Of a stretch of 37,214 bases of DNA, positions 35,904 to 37,214 are shown piece by piece (within the stretch, counting starts at the first letter, position 1; each line of letters starts with the position of its first letter). This DNA is from Nemertoderma westbladi (taxonomy: Eukaryota; Animalia; Xenacoelomorpha): assembly GCA_032718475.1 (NCBI GenBank), contig JAUCBJ010002785.1, positions 1 to 37,214 of the forward strand, read 5' to 3'. Below the pieces are notes generated by a model, which was given only the letters and a program-made list of their open reading frames with translations, had not been told where the DNA came from and ran no database searches. The translations under genes and the position numbers were made by a program.

Positions 35904-36432
35904 CAGTGGCGTGGTGGGACCCAGAAAGGGGCCCGAGAAAATCCCAAAATAAGGGCCCTTGACCACCCCACACCCCCCCCCTCATGCACAAAATATTTTC
36001 TAGAAAAGGGCTTTTATAAAGTTTTAAAGAAACAAATATAATGGCACAATTAATCGCTCTTGAACGCGAAAGGAGAATATCACAAAATTAACAGTAAGAT
36101 GAACAATATCCCGCATAAATTTAGTACTGTATGATACAAATCTTATTTTTTTTTATACTATATAGCTTCTGCAAATAAAACTTGTATAACTTATTAACTA
36201 CTGATGCCAATTTATATGCGTCAGGTTCTAACAATGTATAACCGTATATCACGTGTTCTCACTTATTTTTAGCGGTTTATATATTGTATATCACACCGTG
36301 TGATATACAGTTAGCTATATTAAAAAATTATTTGAAACTTGTATTACTAATTAATTGCGTTTTTTTAATTACAAAAATGATATACTACTGTAGTTAGATT
36401 TTGCTATTTTTAATATTTTGTGTAGGCCCTAA
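35904..36432 (+). mobile_element. Possible hAT-type non-autonomous element
   Basis: Starts CAGTGGCG followed by GGGCCC motifs; the other end was not found and may be displaced by the Harbinger element. Confidence 0.3.
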
Positions 36433-36437
36433 ACATT

Positions 36438-37214
36438 GGCCCGGTTTCATAAAGTTGTCGTAGAGTTAACGAATGCTTATGTTATATCGTAAATTTGATA
36501 GGCTGTTTGCTTGCTGAAATGCTTGGCTGTTTCACAACGTTATCGTTATTTTGACAAAGTTGCGATAAAGTAAGTTTTTTTTGTATTTTAAGATAACGTA
36601 AATAACGCATGTTTCATAAACATGACGTTTGCTTAAATTTCATGATTTTGCTTTACGAATATTACGTCTGGTCGCACCCAACCGTAAATATTTTTTCGAT
36701 AACGAACAGTACAGTATATATCACTAGGTAGTAATAGCTACTAAATAGATTCTAGAAATATTACGACTTGAGTATGCAAAATTTTGGGCAAACATTAAAA
36801 TTTAAACATTTTCTGTAAAGAGTAAAATCAACTATAGCCTACAAAGTGTTCACCATACAGTAGAGGCGTCCATTAGACTTTGTATTGATTCTCCTGGTTG
36901 TAGCGCAATGGCTCTTAGGATGATGCGTCGGATGGAGTCAGTAAGGCGAGTCAGAGCAGAGTCAGTCAGAGCGCGCGTTTTTCGGAATAGAATCAATCCA
37001 TTAGATCTAAATAACGACGACTTGTACCAGAGGTTTCGATTTAACCGTGAAGCCATTATGTTGATCAGTGCTGAGTTAGAGAGCGATCTGGACCCCCCGA
37101 ACAAACGAAATTGTGCTCTATCTGCGTTACTACGCACTGCATTGCACTACGTTTCTATGCTACGGGGTCATTTCAGTTAGTAATGGGAGATACCATTAAT
37201 GTTAGCAAGGCGAC
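36438..37214 (+). mobile_element. PIF/Harbinger transposon, 5' part with frameshifted HARBI1-like transposase (from 36908)
   Basis: RVFRNRINPLD…LYQRFRF…RNCALS, then in a shifted frame CIALRFYATGSFQLVMGDTINVSKA. Putative terminus GGCCCGGTTTCATAAAG at 36438. Runs off the window. Confidence 0.8.

Overview
AT-rich eukaryotic (most likely invertebrate animal) DNA that looks like a chromosome end, not prokaryotic sequence. It opens with ~1.17 kb of a 9-bp C-rich tandem repeat (CCCTCACTT)n, i.e. (AAGTGAGGG)n on the other strand, in telomere orientation. This joins directly to the broken end of a Polinton/Maverick-like element (…ACTACT at 1993). The core of the window is a small Polinton/Maverick-like element at 16111-32721, with AGTAGT…ACTACT termini, ~0.67-0.69-kb TIRs and a 6-bp TSD (ATCCGG); it splits an RTE LINE. 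Its only recognisable genes are an adenain-type cysteine protease and an acidic repeat protein; it has since acquired a Gag-protease-only Bel/Pao retroelement and an L2/CR1-group LINE. An inverted duplicate (1994-9723) of this element plus a flanking WD40 gene, lacking both insertions, lies next to the putative telomere. The two copies enclose a two-exon C2H2 zinc-finger gene. The rest is SINEs, MULE-type MITEs, a Gypsy relic and the 5' part of a Harbinger transposase. All calls come from reading the sequence and recalled family motifs; no database searches were run.
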